This document shows positions 1-12,429 of a DNA stretch of 64,000 bases, one piece after another; position 1 is the first letter of the stretch, and each line of letters opens with the position of its first letter. The stretch lies in assembly GCA_051294905.1 (NCBI GenBank), contig CM119379.1:19964001-20028000 (forward strand), in the 5' to 3' direction. The stretch comes from Botryllus schlosseri (taxonomy: Eukaryota). The notes beneath the pieces were generated by a model that did not search any database, was not told the DNA's origin, and worked only from the letters and a program-made list of their open reading frames with translations. Made by a program: the position numbers and the translations under genes.

Positions 1-272
1 TTTGCTATTTTCAGTTTGTCAAGTAGAAGTAGTTCAATCTTCCAATGAGGAAGATAGCCCGAGGAATTTCGGGGCTGTTTTCACGGAGTATCAACATTTA
101 ATTTTCATAAAAGTTTAGTAAAGTCCAGAATTTTCGTCACGCTTCGCGCGCAGTGTTGGTTGGATACGGAGTGACCAGACCATATGTATGATTTCCCGAA
201 AGTATAGGTGATGAATATAATTTAGGTAGAGGGTTGGAGTGGTTCCGTTCACAGCACATTGTCGCCCTTCGC

Positions 273-1578
273 TAGGGTTGCCATACGTCCGGAATTTCCC
301 GGACATGTCCGGAATTTCACTGTTCAACCTAGCGTCCGGGAGGAATTTTTAAAATATGCCAAATGTCCGGAATTTTGAAGACTTGTCGTAGGCTCATAAT
401 TTTTTCGTAAATTAACATGAAAACTTTATTTTTGGGAATATTTATGCCGATGCATGATATTTTTCTTCGTGCTGCGCGGGATTTACTACCACACATATTG
501 ATTTTCGTATGGGGACTACCACCCTCACAATAAGTGCAATAAAATATACATAAAAACAACCTTCATTTATTGGAATAAGCCTAATTGTAATCACAATTAT
601 GGGAGAACTGTATATTCCTAGATATCGTTAAGGCCGTTTATAAATGTTAAATATTTTATTCAATGATATATAGTCGTTCCAAACTTGGCGGTCGTTTGCC
701 TTCATTCTTGTGTTCGCGAATATGTTGAACGTAATCAGCTTCCAAAATAGCTCGTAAGTCTGGGCCAAAGGTCCAGTCAAATTTTGATCCGGGTCACGGA
801 ACATTTTCAAATTGGAAATGGAGTCGCTACCATGAAAGGTTGGAAAAACTGGACGTGGGGTGTTTATAACGCTCCGTGGTGTGCACCAGCATAAGGCTGA
901 TAAACAATCTTATCGGTGGGACGTGAACATGACTTACCGATGTACGATTACGCTCCCTGTATTTTCGGACTCATCATCCTCCAACATCTCTAGGCTACCG
1001 CTAACTCTGATCATGTGGGCGGAGAGTAGTAACTATATAGTAATATATGGAACAACCAATATTATTGATAGAGTTCATTCAAAAAATTTAACGACCAGAT
1101 GCATATGGAAAGCAGGTTCATCATCATCATCATTGGTTTATTAGCAATTTTATCAGTTCAATACACCACAAAAATGCGATACAATGAAAAGACAGGAAGA
1201 TGTCGAAGCGACAAGGAGTAGTCTATGGAATCTGACACCCACCTTGGCCTAGGCGATGTAAAGAGGAGGCATGCACAGTTGCACACTGAATGAAAGTAAA
1301 GAAGATAGTATAGAAAAAGAATGCGACAAGCCCCCCCACCCGATGTTGCATCGATTACCCTGCATGGTGGGCTCAAAATCATTGTTTATTTGGGTGGGAA
1401 GGGGCTGAAAATGTGGTTTCAGTTCCGGTTACACAGCCACATACTCCTGAACCGGATCGTGACCAGCTCTGGTCTATGAGCAAAGCTTTGCCAGTGTGAC
1501 GTCATAACTCATTTTGAAATGCTCTAGTGGGCGCTAAAGAGTGTCCGGAATTTGTGTCACAGAAATATGGTAACCCTA
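273..1578. mobile_element. hAT non-autonomous element nested in copy A
   Basis: Termini TAGGGTTGCCA / TGGTAACCCTA. Perfect 8-bp TSD cccttcgc at 265-272 and 1579-1586. The homologous segment at ~8470 lacks the insert. Confidence 0.85.
1118..1329 (-). mobile_element. 5'-truncated 3'UTR and (GAT)n tail of the LINE at 19193-19983
   Basis: Clearly similar to 19193-19395 (catcatcattggtttattagcaattttatcagttcaatacaccacaaaaatgcgatacaatgaa...). Confidence 0.8.
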
Positions 1579-3038
1579 CCCTTCGCCCATATCAAATAAT
1601 TCATCACAGTATATATGGCTCATCGTGACGTTTAAAACTGATGTTTCGTAATCTAGCATTTACTTGTCATATCGTAATCTAGCATGTCCAATTGTCCATG
1701 GCGTGTCCAAATCTGTAAAACTGGACTCTGAATTTTTTTTTAGTTTTAGAGCTGTTTTAGCGTACCACCTTTGAAACTTTCTGGACTAAAACATGAAATA
1801 CATGTTCTGCTTTTAGAAGTAGTATTTATATTTCACTTTCAATTCCCAGTATCATATACTTTTGAGTTATAATTATTATCAGTTCTTTTGTCTGGATAAC
1901 ATACATGTTGAAGTATAAAAGCAAGTGTAGTAATGCCTTTAATTTCTGGAAATAAAGCTACACAATATGTCATTTTAACGGTCCACCATATTATTTACGT
2001 TTACTAATCGTGCAGAGTGTTTACACCGTATCCTATACAACTTCTCCGAATTGCTCTTCGACTAAACTACGGGCCTTATAATATGGGGAATGGTGCCACA
2101 CCATGCTATTTTCTAAAACGTGCTGTTCGAGAAAACAGAGGATTAGCTTCGCATTTCCATCCCATGATGTGGACGAATACTTATGCTATCGAAATTCGTA
2201 TACATGCTGGTATGCAACAATATGAATCAAGCTCGTCACCAATCCCATAGCTCAATTTGCACCTTTTTACAATCCATGTGAACGAATTAGGATCTTTTTC
2301 ATAACTACTTACTTACGTACTTTTAAAGTCAGTCAATTATACTTCTACTTCAAGTAGTTTTAGGTTGCTTATGGAAGATGTACTTCTACTCGTACTTGAG
2401 TAGATTTTTTCGGTGCTAGTTCTACTTGAGTACATTTCTTGACTACTTTGACCACCTCTGATTTTTCAACTCACTTTTATGAGGTGATAGTACCATAACC
2501 ACGATCCTTTTTACCTAATACTCAATTCGGAATCACATGACTGAGGTACCCGAATGTGCCCAATTGCAGAGTCATAAAAACAACACAAGTCACAGTAAAA
2601 ATCTTTCGCGCACGCAGAGGTTTTCATTCAAAAGTGTCAAACATTGATTTCCAACTCTGACAAGCTTTCAAATCACAGGATTGTATCTTCAACCATACAT
2701 AGAAAATGGTAAAATAATTGCTCAATTTGTAAGTGAATAATCGAGACATCAGAAATAGACAAATGTTGTATTCTACGAACAGGCCCAATCATAGGGCAAA
2801 GTTGAGTTCAGAGCGGTTTGTGATATGACATTTTCTATTGAACCCCAACCTCTACAACTAGTAAAATATAAAATTGCATGAATGAAATGACCCACGATAC
2901 TTATCCAACGTGAGAAAGTGCAAAAAATTATACATTTGCTTACAACACAATAACTAATGAAAAATTTGACTTTCAGTCCCTTGCAATAAACTTTACGATA
3001 CTGTGAAACTGTAGAATATGTCTTTATAGAGCTATGTA

Positions 3039-4026
3039 CAGTAATTTTCCATGTATATTGCGCAAAATTTTACCGATTATTTGTCCTAAAATCAGGGGGT
3101 GCGAATTATGCATGGGTTCAACATGCATAATACCCTCGAAACATAACTTGAAATCACACCTTTTTTCATGTTTGTTTTAAACGCGCGTCACATTCAGCCA
3201 TTGTGCCCAGTAATTCGTATTATCAGTGTTACGCGATGGCGATTAGCGAGAAGCGTGTTGCCAATTAGGTCTCCACTCCTGCTGAGTTGCTTTGCCGTTT
3301 GTGCGCGATCGAAATGAGGTCATTGTTTTTTGCGCGTGCGACAATCCTCGCTAATTCATCACGTCAACGACAGGCCTGAACAATCGCATATTCAACACGC
3401 CATGTGCGCAACATGTAATCGCTGGCCAGTCCAGCCTAAACACTACATTCGCATCTCCAACAGGCCTGGTGCACAGGCATTGGCTGCTATCTACTATCGT
3501 TTAGAGCAGTGGTTCTCAACCTTTTTTTAGACACGCCCATCTTTATGATAGTGAAAAATTTCACGCCCCCTTATCGTCATATCATAAAATCCAACCGGGA
3601 TGCTAGCAACCCAAACAGATTGTTTGATGGCATGGAAGGTTATGACTGCTGATGAGAGAATTCAAAAATATGAAATTTGGTCTATAGAGAAACACGTGTG
3701 AATACGAGGTAAATCGCGCAGAGCGCAAAAAAAAATTTCAGTTGACCGCTTCTTCGCGCCCCCCCTTCAGATGTTTTCACGCGCCCCCAGGTGGAGAACC
3801 ACTGGTTTACTTGGGTTTAGAGACAATGTCGTTAAGTGAATAATGATTAGTGATCGTTACGTCATGATTTTTCAACAGTGACATTGCAGAACAGAATGAA
3901 ATCAAATACTAAAACATATCTATTCATGGCTGCGAATGCAGGGTGCGTACTATACATATGGGTACAGGCTTTCCCCACAAGTTACACGCCATTTTAAGGG
4001 TGCGTATTATACATGGAAAATTACAG
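3039..4026. mobile_element. Tc1/mariner-pogo-type MITE
   Basis: TIRs cagtaattttccatgtata / tatacatggaaaattacag with TA on both sides. An inverted second copy lies at 52242-53111. Confidence 0.8.
3507..3804. mobile_element. hAT (Charlie-like) MITE nested in the Tc1/pogo MITE
   Basis: TIRs CAGTGGTTCTC / GAGAACCACTG; related copy at 35925-36243. The uninterrupted site is seen in the 52.4-kb copy. Confidence 0.8.
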
Positions 4027-4112
4027 TACACATCAACGGGATGTAACAAGCAATAGCCAGGCCACATGTGAATCAAAATAATTTCCTAAAGCAACAGCAC
4101 GAACTCTGCATT

Positions 4113-7100
4113 TTAACCTACATAAGTTGCCTTTTCCATACCATCCACAATATCGTCTGGAGAATACTCCAAAGGCATCTGGTGATATTCCGTTGTGTAA
4201 TCTTTTGAATAACGGACCAACTTCAAGAATTCACCCTCCTCAAAATGAATGACCTTGTCAGCCAGGATCACAGTTTGTTGGGACTCAGAACCTTTGTGGT
4301 AGAGTTCGCTCTCTTCAAACTGCTTGAGAACTTTGTGATAATACGGCGCTTGAGGAGCAGTTGATGTCATGAAAATGAAATCAAGTTTCCTGATGTCGTA
4401 TTCTGCTTCAAGTTTCGGTATGATCTCTTCAGGATTCTTCTGTATAACTGTAACCTGCGAAATTATACTCAGTTAAATCCCACATGATTTACTACTTTAC
4501 GTTCAGTACACAAAAAGGCAAAAGGCATTAACATTATTTCACTTGTGGCAGAATGCAACGAATCTTGCATAAAGCTATTGATAGAATGTAACGCTAATGC
4601 AGTGTCAAATATTTTTGAAGGCTTTACACTGACCATTGTGCAATCTGACATTTAGGTTATATCGCAGTCCTCTACCTCTGTGCTGTGCAGGAATGTCTGA
4701 TCAATGTCTATTCCAGTTGTCGGAAAAATAGTTTGATGGAAGGGACTAACTGTCATCTAATCATGACTTCAACAAGAGTCAAGGTTCAGCCGTTCTTTGC
4801 GTTTGTTTCATTGCGATAAAATAACTCAGACTACTGCGTCACTACTAAGAAAAGACTTAAGTCTTGGTTAGCAAATATTATAGTAGTACTAAGTAACTGA
4901 AAAGATCACATGGCACACTAGAGTAAATAATTATGCTCTCTACCAGGAATCACAAGACACCAGAATTCCCCATCATTTCTCCTATTGAATAGAGGCTACT
5001 TTATGTCGAAATGTTTAGAGTTGTAGGTGCCATCAGGGTATGTTTTTGAAGTCATCATTTGTTTAAATTTGAATAGACTCCCAATTGAATCTCGCAGATT
5101 ATACTCTTGTAAGACCTCAAAAATGTGATGCAGTCTCTTTTTCAAACTCATTGCTCTCTCATCTGCAATGTGATACCTTTGATAGAAGTCTTAAAATTAA
5201 ATGGGTCTAACCAATCGTGAACAGTGAACATGCACCGAGGCACTATGACACCATTGGCAAGTTTATGGTGGCTGCGTGTCATACAATAGAGAAGAAAATG
5301 TAATTTCCATGAGACACAAAATATAAATCAAGCCGGAAGCCAGCGATGGATAGTGAGTAAGGAATGGGGAAGTTCTTTTAAAGGTACGGAGCACAAAATA
5401 CCAGGAATTTGAGATGTTGTCAAATCTGAAAAATCCGAGCCACTATACTTATCACCAGAGGTGGTCAAAGTAGTCAAGGAAGTTACTCAAGTAGAAGTAG
5501 CGATGCAAAAATCTACTAAAGTACAAGTAGTCCATTTAAAAGCAGCCTAAACTACTTCAAGTAGAAGCAGAATTGACCGACTTTAAATCTACAGAAGTAA
5601 GTAAGTAGTAGTGAAAACGACCGTAATTCGTTCGCATGGACTGTCAAAAGCTGCAAATTGAGCTCAGAGCTTAATTCATATTGATGAGGTATAGATTTTC
5701 GACAGCATAAGCATTCGTCCGCATCATGGGAAGAAAATGATAGTATTGAAATGGGAATGCGATACTTATACTTTGTTTAGTCGAACACCCCCGATTTAGA
5801 AATTATCATGGTATGCCCCCCCCCCGTAGTTTGGCTGAAGAGCAATACGAAGTTGTGTCGGATACGGTGTGAGCACTTTGCGCAATTAGTGAATGTTAAC
5901 CCATTATATCCGGCAGAATCATTAATGAGCCCTGAGCGTATTTTCACGAACACGCTTTACTTAATCCCTAATTTCCTGGGTTGTTCTGGTCGTAGACAAT
6001 TACAACTATTCCAGCTGGATAGCTTATATCAATACGCATACGTCGAGCCATAAATAACATATTATACTATCGAATAATCTGTTCAAAATACAGATTGAAT
6101 ACATGAAAACGTTTTGCGCAAAATACAATTCGCCAAGACGTTAGCGTGAATGTGCGCGCGTGAGATAAACCAGCGCCCGTGACCTAAATCAGCGCATCTC
6201 CGAGACATCAAATTCATTTGCAGATCTTTTCTCCTAACATGTGTTGGTTATGCCCATTGCCCATCTATTGGAATACTTATAATCAAAAATTAGTCGCACA
6301 GAAGATTCTTCGAGCTGGAAGTAAAAATATTTTATGAAATAACATGCGCGGGTTTTAGCAATGTATTTTCTGTTGCTGTTGAAGAATACGCATATTGAAT
6401 ATTTTTGCTTTTCATACTAATACACCAATACCACCATGATGTTGTTCAGCGAGCTACAAGATCTCCGCTATTGATATGACAGCAAATTTATGTCCGTAAA
6501 TGGCTGCACTTCTGGTGAAAATGTTTCACGTCTTTCCCATAGTAGCGAATAAAACGAAATGCACCCGGCACATCAAAGCTTCGGGTCGCGATTCTGGTAT
6601 TGAAAGGTATTTTCGTGTCTGCTCGAGATTTCCATCCACAACGAGCAGGTTATTTATGAAAATTTGACGACCAGCAAAGCCAATGGCATCAAATCCCGGT
6701 TCCATCTAATCAATGCACTTTCTTGATTCAAAGTATTTTATTGGTCCATGATTCACGAGGCAAGAAAATTCGGCGTAACTCTGTCAAAACAGTTGACCCA
6801 TTTTCATTGCAGTGTGGGCAAGGAATATATTTGCAATAACTTCAGTTGACAATGCTATAATGGTTTCTTACGTTTTTCCATGTGTTGGTGCTAGATGTGC
6901 TGGCTTTTTATTATTTCGATTTGCTGTTGTATTACACGTGTGATGCGATACTATGTTATTACCCAAACAATAACACGCGGTAATAGATTTGCTGTTGTGA
7001 TTAGCGCAGATTCGCTGTTGCAGATTACGCATATCGATTGCTGCTTTTCATGCTAATACAGCATTACCAACATGATGTTGCTCAGCGAGCTACAAGATCT

Positions 7101-9590
7101 TCAACGCGCAATCGATATGACAGCAAATTTATGTCCGTAAATGGCTTCACTTCTGGTGAAAATGTTTCAGATCTGGCCCATGGTAGCGAACAAAACCAAA
7201 ATATGGTTGAATGTCCAATGTCCATTGTCAAATTAGCGAATAAAATAGGTATGTAGAGTCAGCGGTCGAGTTGTGCACTTCGAAACTGATTGCTGCGATG
7301 CGCATTTCGTGATAGCTGGGTTTTCAAAATGCCTATTGGTTCAATAGACAGCCCTTGTCTCAAAGCGATTGTCTACATCACCATTATCGATAAAAGGCTT
7401 GCATAATATGACCTAATCTTTTTTCAAATGCCCAGTAAAATATCAGTGAAACACTGTATTTTATATTGCAGGTATGACTACCTGTCAATCCAACCACTAT
7501 ATATTCAGTTCTAGTTGTTGTACAAGAGCAAGGTGTGTTTCGACAAAGCACTATCTAGTACTTAGTAACTCGTACAAAGCGAATATATACACCGGCGTGG
7601 TGAAATGAATCATTGAACGTCGTCGATACTAGAATAACTCGCGGCGCGTGTATGTGCGGCGAATGCGAGACGCCTGGCATCAATCGCGTTATATCCAACT
7701 GTAGCCATCGCTATATCAGCGGTCGTTACACTCGATTGTATTATCGTAAGGACCTCACTCAGGTCATTTTAGAATCCTGATATCGATGTGAAATCAGTCA
7801 GGCGATGATTCCATCCCGAGAAGGTCTATGTATGACGTAGTCGCAAATTCAAAAATCAAATTCTCTTTTATTTTCAAAAAGTTGAGAACACTTCTTGGTA
7901 TAGGGGTATCACCTGTTTCTCTCTCGCTTTGAGAGTAGCTCAGTTGGTTAGGCGGCTGTTTCACGATTACAGCGATATATTGGGTGTCGGTTCAAGTCCC
8001 GTGGTTCAGATTTTATGAACATTTTACTAAATGCACTGAAATTTGGACTTGAGGCCGGCCGTTCGAGTAGGGTTAAAATATGGCTGATCGTAAAAATAAA
8101 ATGAGGAGTAGCTTTAGTTTCGGTAAATATAGGTATTGCTACACTTGCTTTAATACTTCAACATGTTAATTATCCAGACAAAAGAACTGAACCTAATTAG
8201 AACTTCAACGGATGATACTGGGAATTGAAAGAGAAATATAAATACTACTTCTAAAATGCAGAAAATATATTTCATGTCCTTTGACCAGAAAGTTTCAACA
8301 GTGGTCTGCTAAAACAGGTGTAAAGCTAAAAAAAGTCAGTGTCCAGTTTCCCAGATTAGGTCATGCCATGGGCTGCTAGATTACGATAACATAGGTAAAT
8401 GCTAGATTGCGAAACGGTAGTTTCAAACGCTATGATCGGCCATATTTACTGTGATGAAATATTTCAAATGGGTGACAATGCGGTGTGAACGGAACCACGC
8501 AACCTAAATTATATTCAGCGATACATTTGTGAAATCATATAGTCTACTGTGCGTGACAAAAATTCTGGGCTTCACTTAACTTTTATGAAAATTAAACTTT
8601 GATATTCCGTGAAAACAGCCATGAGATTCCTCAGGCAGTCTTTCGGATTGGAGGATCTAACTACTTCCACTTGACAAACTCAGAATAGCGAAAAGTAAGT
8701 AAATCACATAATATTAATAAGTAAAAGTAAAGTAGCGGGAAATTAAATCTACTTGAGTAAATATCCAAGTAGCAGAAAACTACTCGAGTACTTCAAAAAA
8801 GTAGCAGTACTTTGTTACTGACCACCTCTGCTTGTGACATGTAACCATTATCATATTTTACTGAGGCACAGTACCGCTCTTCAATAGAACAAAGAGTTGG
8901 GATTAGAATACACGTAGTTAATTCGTAATCATACAGGCCTACAACACCGCTGCAAGAGTAAAAGAGTCGATTCACCTGTGTCTGTTTTCCAACTAGTGCG
9001 ACAAGTTTTTGTGTGAATACAGATTTTTCCTCATCTGGCTCCACCACATAAACATGGCAATCAGGAGAGGACCTCAGAATGCGCAAGACCACATAGCCAC
9101 AAATTGAATGGAGAACTAAAGCATTCTTCGGCTTTCTCTCCGTGCATACATTTTCTAGTAAATCACCTGAGGTACATAAAAAGTAGATGCATTGAGAGCT
9201 TGAAGCACATTCACCTAGATTTAATTGAGATACCGTACCTTTTTTAGTGCCAATGGTAAGGGCAAACTCTTTATTTTCACAATATGCTTCAATAACGTTC
9301 AACGTCACAGAAACAATTTCGGAATCTCCCCGCGCATTCTTTGAAAATTCATATAATCTCTGAGGTAATGATTTGCCTGCAAATAAATGAATCCAGATGA
9401 ATATTGATGTAGCATAAATAACGAACTAAGCCATTAAACCTGTGAGAAGATTATTCAGCTTCATAGGAATGTACAGTCTTCCAGTGCGATACCACCAGTA
9501 GTAGATTGTGTGATAAATCAAATGTTTCACCATTACAATTATGATGAAGACTACGAGAGATGTGATGAAATATTCTTCAGCACCATACAT
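4113..9590 (-). CDS. COMT: Catechol O-methyltransferase (COMT/TOMT)-family protein with N-terminal membrane anchor; catalytically degenerate
   Basis: Exons 9590-9440, 9376-9239, 9166-8976 and 4454-4113, all GT-AG and phase-consistent. Protein MYGAEEYFITSLVVFIIIVMV...LNNLLTG|KSLPQRLYEF...IEAYCENKEFALTIGTKKG|DLLENV...CGY...VEPDE...|VTVIQKNPEEIIPKL...LADKV...LEY...VDGMEKATYVG parallels human COMT (IDTYCEQKEWAMNVGDKKG; DIIPQL; LADNV; LEY; VDGLEKAIYKG). The symbol is family-level; orthology is not established. Confidence 0.85.
5456..8830 (+). mobile_element. hAT-like non-autonomous element, copy B, filling most of the last COMT intron
   Basis: Left end cagaggtggtcaaagtag, right end gttactgaccacctctg. 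Flanks cttatcac / cttgtgac (6/8, an eroded TSD). Further ends of this family occur at ~24466, 35420-35581, 37390-37630, 41955-42354 and ~51032. Confidence 0.6.
7930..8008 (+). pseudogene. Degenerate tRNA-derived sequence (SINE head or tRNA pseudogene)
   Basis: A-box-like tagctcagttgg and B-box-like ggttcaagtccc; no paired acceptor stem. Confidence 0.45.
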
Positions 9591-10438
9591 CTTAGGATCT
9601 GACAATTTGCCCTGCAAATAAAATGAAGAGGTAACAATTTGAATTGATATAATATAGCCTTCGGCAATGGCATGAACTTGTCAAAGGAAATTGCCTGTCC
9701 CATGCGACTACAGCCATGATAATTATACGGGCAAAATGGAGTGAGTAGCCTACTGGACTGATTTGATTTTAGATAAAATATAAGGCGTCGAGTCAAGGAA
9801 CAGTCATGACACGATAGAGGGTGGATGATTTAGAAAAAATCAACATGCAACTTTTAACTATGCAACCATAAACAAAATAATGTCAGTTGCCATATCTTGA
9901 ACAGAATTTGGTATTTTCCGACTATTTCTATTTTATTGCACTTGTATGACAATGCTACTGGCCAATCACTATATATTTCACAGAAATGTTGGTTCAACAA
10001 ACTTGTGCATGTTTTGAATGCTGTGCTGGTTTCAAGGCTACCATGAGTAAAGAGCATTGAATTATCATATTTCTCGTTGATACAATAACACACTGTGACA
10101 AGGACCAAAGGGGATCACAGCCTCGGAAATCCAGCCTCGGAAAATGACGGGGGATCCGAGCCTCGAATCGGTGAATGCACGCGTACACACTCACGCGCAG
10201 GCTAGATGCCGGTTTACCGCGTCATTATTAGATACTCGATTTTGATAACGAATTACTACTCCGCTACTTGAGACCCAATCACGAAACTCATAACAGTGTT
10301 AGCCAACATCATTAAGGTGTAGCATACCAAATTTCGTCAACCATTTTAGGATGAAACGCCTTCAAAACCAACGCCGTCCAACATCGACTTTTCCGTTACA
10401 TCTGTTTGCGGTAGCGTAGGACGCACCTATACGTAATC

Positions 10439-11488
10439 AACTTTAATATCGAAATTTGCCATTTCCCCAACTCGAAATTTGGTACGCAGTTGTAGGACAT
10501 TATGACAATGCAGCATACCAAATTTCGTAACATATTTTATGTTGGAACACCTTGAAAACTAACGCAGTTATATACCGACTTTTGCGTTAATCTATTTTAC
10601 GGGAGCGTAGCACGCACATATACACAGTCAACTTTAATATCGTTACGGGACTGTAGCACGCACCTATACATAGTCAACTTTAAAATCGAAATTTGCCATT
10701 CCCCCAACTCGAAATTTGGTACGAAGTTGTAGGACATTATAACAATACAACATACCAAATTTCGTAACATATTTTATGTTGGAACATCTTTAAAACTAAC
10801 GCAGTTCCATATCGACTTTTGCGGTAATCTATTTTACGGGAGCGTAGCACGCACATATACACAGTCAACTTTAATATCGAAATTTCCCATTCCCCCAACT
10901 CGAAATTTGGTACGAAGTTGTAGGACATTATGACAATGCAACATACCAAATTTCGTAACATATTTTATGTTGGAACACCTTTAAAACTAACGCAGTTCCA
11001 TACCGACTTTTGCGTTAATCTATTTTACGGGAGCGTAGCACGCACATATACACAGTCAACTTTAATATCGTTACGGGACTGTAGCTCGCACCTATACATA
11101 GTCAACTTTAAAATCGAAATTTGCCATTCCCCCAACTCGAAATTTGGTACGAAGTTGTAGGACATTATGACAATGCAACATACCAAATTTCGTAACATAT
11201 TTTATGTTGGAACACCTTTAAAACTAACGCAGTTCCATACCGACTTTTGCGTTAATCTATTTTACGGGAGCGTAGCACGCACATATATACACAGTCAACT
11301 TTAATATCGAAATTTGCCATTCCCCCAACTCGAAATTTGGTACGCAGTTGTAGGACATTATGACAATGCAACATACCAAATTTCGTGACATATTTTATGT
11401 TGGAACACCTTGAAAACTAACGCAGTTCCATACCGACTTTTGCGTTAATCTATTTTACGGGAGCGTGGCACGCACATATACACAGTCA
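10439..11488 (+). repeat. Tandem array in the left foldback arm: 191-bp units with optional 46-bp subunits
   Basis: Units start aactttaa(t/a)atcg at 10439, 10676, 10867, ~11104 and ~11297; 46-bp subunits start at 10630 and ~11058. Confidence 0.9.
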
Positions 11489-11855
11489 CAATCGTATGTA
11501 CTTTTCCACAAGTCTCTACATTTTCTCTTGGCATTTCGTATTTTCTCTTTCGATTTGGAAAGAACCGACGGAAAAAGTTTACTGACAAGAAATAACCATA
11601 TTTCCGTCGGGGGATCTCGTGAGAAGTTGAGTTCATTTAATTTGAAAAATTCTTCAGCAGCCTGTTCAAATTTATTCCTATCAATCGTCACGACACTGCC
11701 AAATCTGCCTCCAGAGAAAATTTTTCCATCAGACAGCTTGACCTGACTGATACGACGGACATACGACGTTAACTGCCTCCTTCAAATGTACATATTACAA
11801 AATTGAAGAGCACGTGAGTCGGAATGGAATAGGGCCCATTATATACAGGCACGAG

Positions 11856-12034
11856 CAATGTTCCCTCTATTTTTTCACTAGTCTGCACGCCTGCGCGGCC
11901 CCTTGGACAACAGTGCGCAACGATTAAAAAAAAACATCACTTCGGATTTTTTGTGCGCAGCTTACATTTTCTGTGCGCAGAGACCGTTTCAGCACTGCGC
12001 ATTTGCGCACGTGCGCAGCTTAGAGGGAACATTG
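11856..12034. mobile_element. hAT MITE inserted in the foldback spacer
   Basis: TIRs CAATGTTCCCTCTA / TAGAGGGAACATTG; perfect 8-bp TSD ggcacgag (11848-11855, 12035-12042). Confidence 0.9.
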
Positions 12035-12429
12035 GGCACGAGTGCACATGCCAGCGGGGTGTCCGTTGTTTTGACGGAATATGACGCCATTCGAGGAATC
12101 GCGCAAAGCTTCCGCAAAACTGATTTCACGCAATGTCGATGTTTGTTTTAAATCACTGAGATATTTTGCAACATCTCTTCGTTCATATAATGGCACCCGT
12201 ATAATTACGAGACGTCTTCATTCGGTTACGCTATTGTTTTGTTTACCGCTAATTATGTTAAGTGGCCCCTTAAGAAAGCTGAGTATGTATCAGATTTGGA
12301 CAACTAGATAATTATAGTTGTCTAATTTCGCTAAAATCGAGCAAAATGCCAAGTAATCTGATTCCAATCTAATTTTTTAAATGTTGTTATGCTCTAATTC
12401 TAATTCTAATCTAATTGTGAAATGTTTTA

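Larger units (their letters stand above)
1..2460 (-). mobile_element. Non-autonomous hAT-like element (CAGAGGTGG terminus family), copy A, truncated by the window edge
   Basis: Ends in ...ctactttgaccacctctg (2460). Segments 1-272, 1587-1860 and 2100-2460 are diverged inverted copies of 8210-8690 and 5456-5790. Confidence 0.65.

Noticed and set aside
7930-8008. Functional tRNA gene
   Set aside because: No acceptor-stem pairing and an irregular anticodon arm.
8793-8975. C-terminus of ORF 8793-9308 as COMT coding sequence
   Set aside because: It lies past the CAG|GTGAAT donor at 8975 and runs into a transposon end. The true C-terminus is exon 4454-4113.
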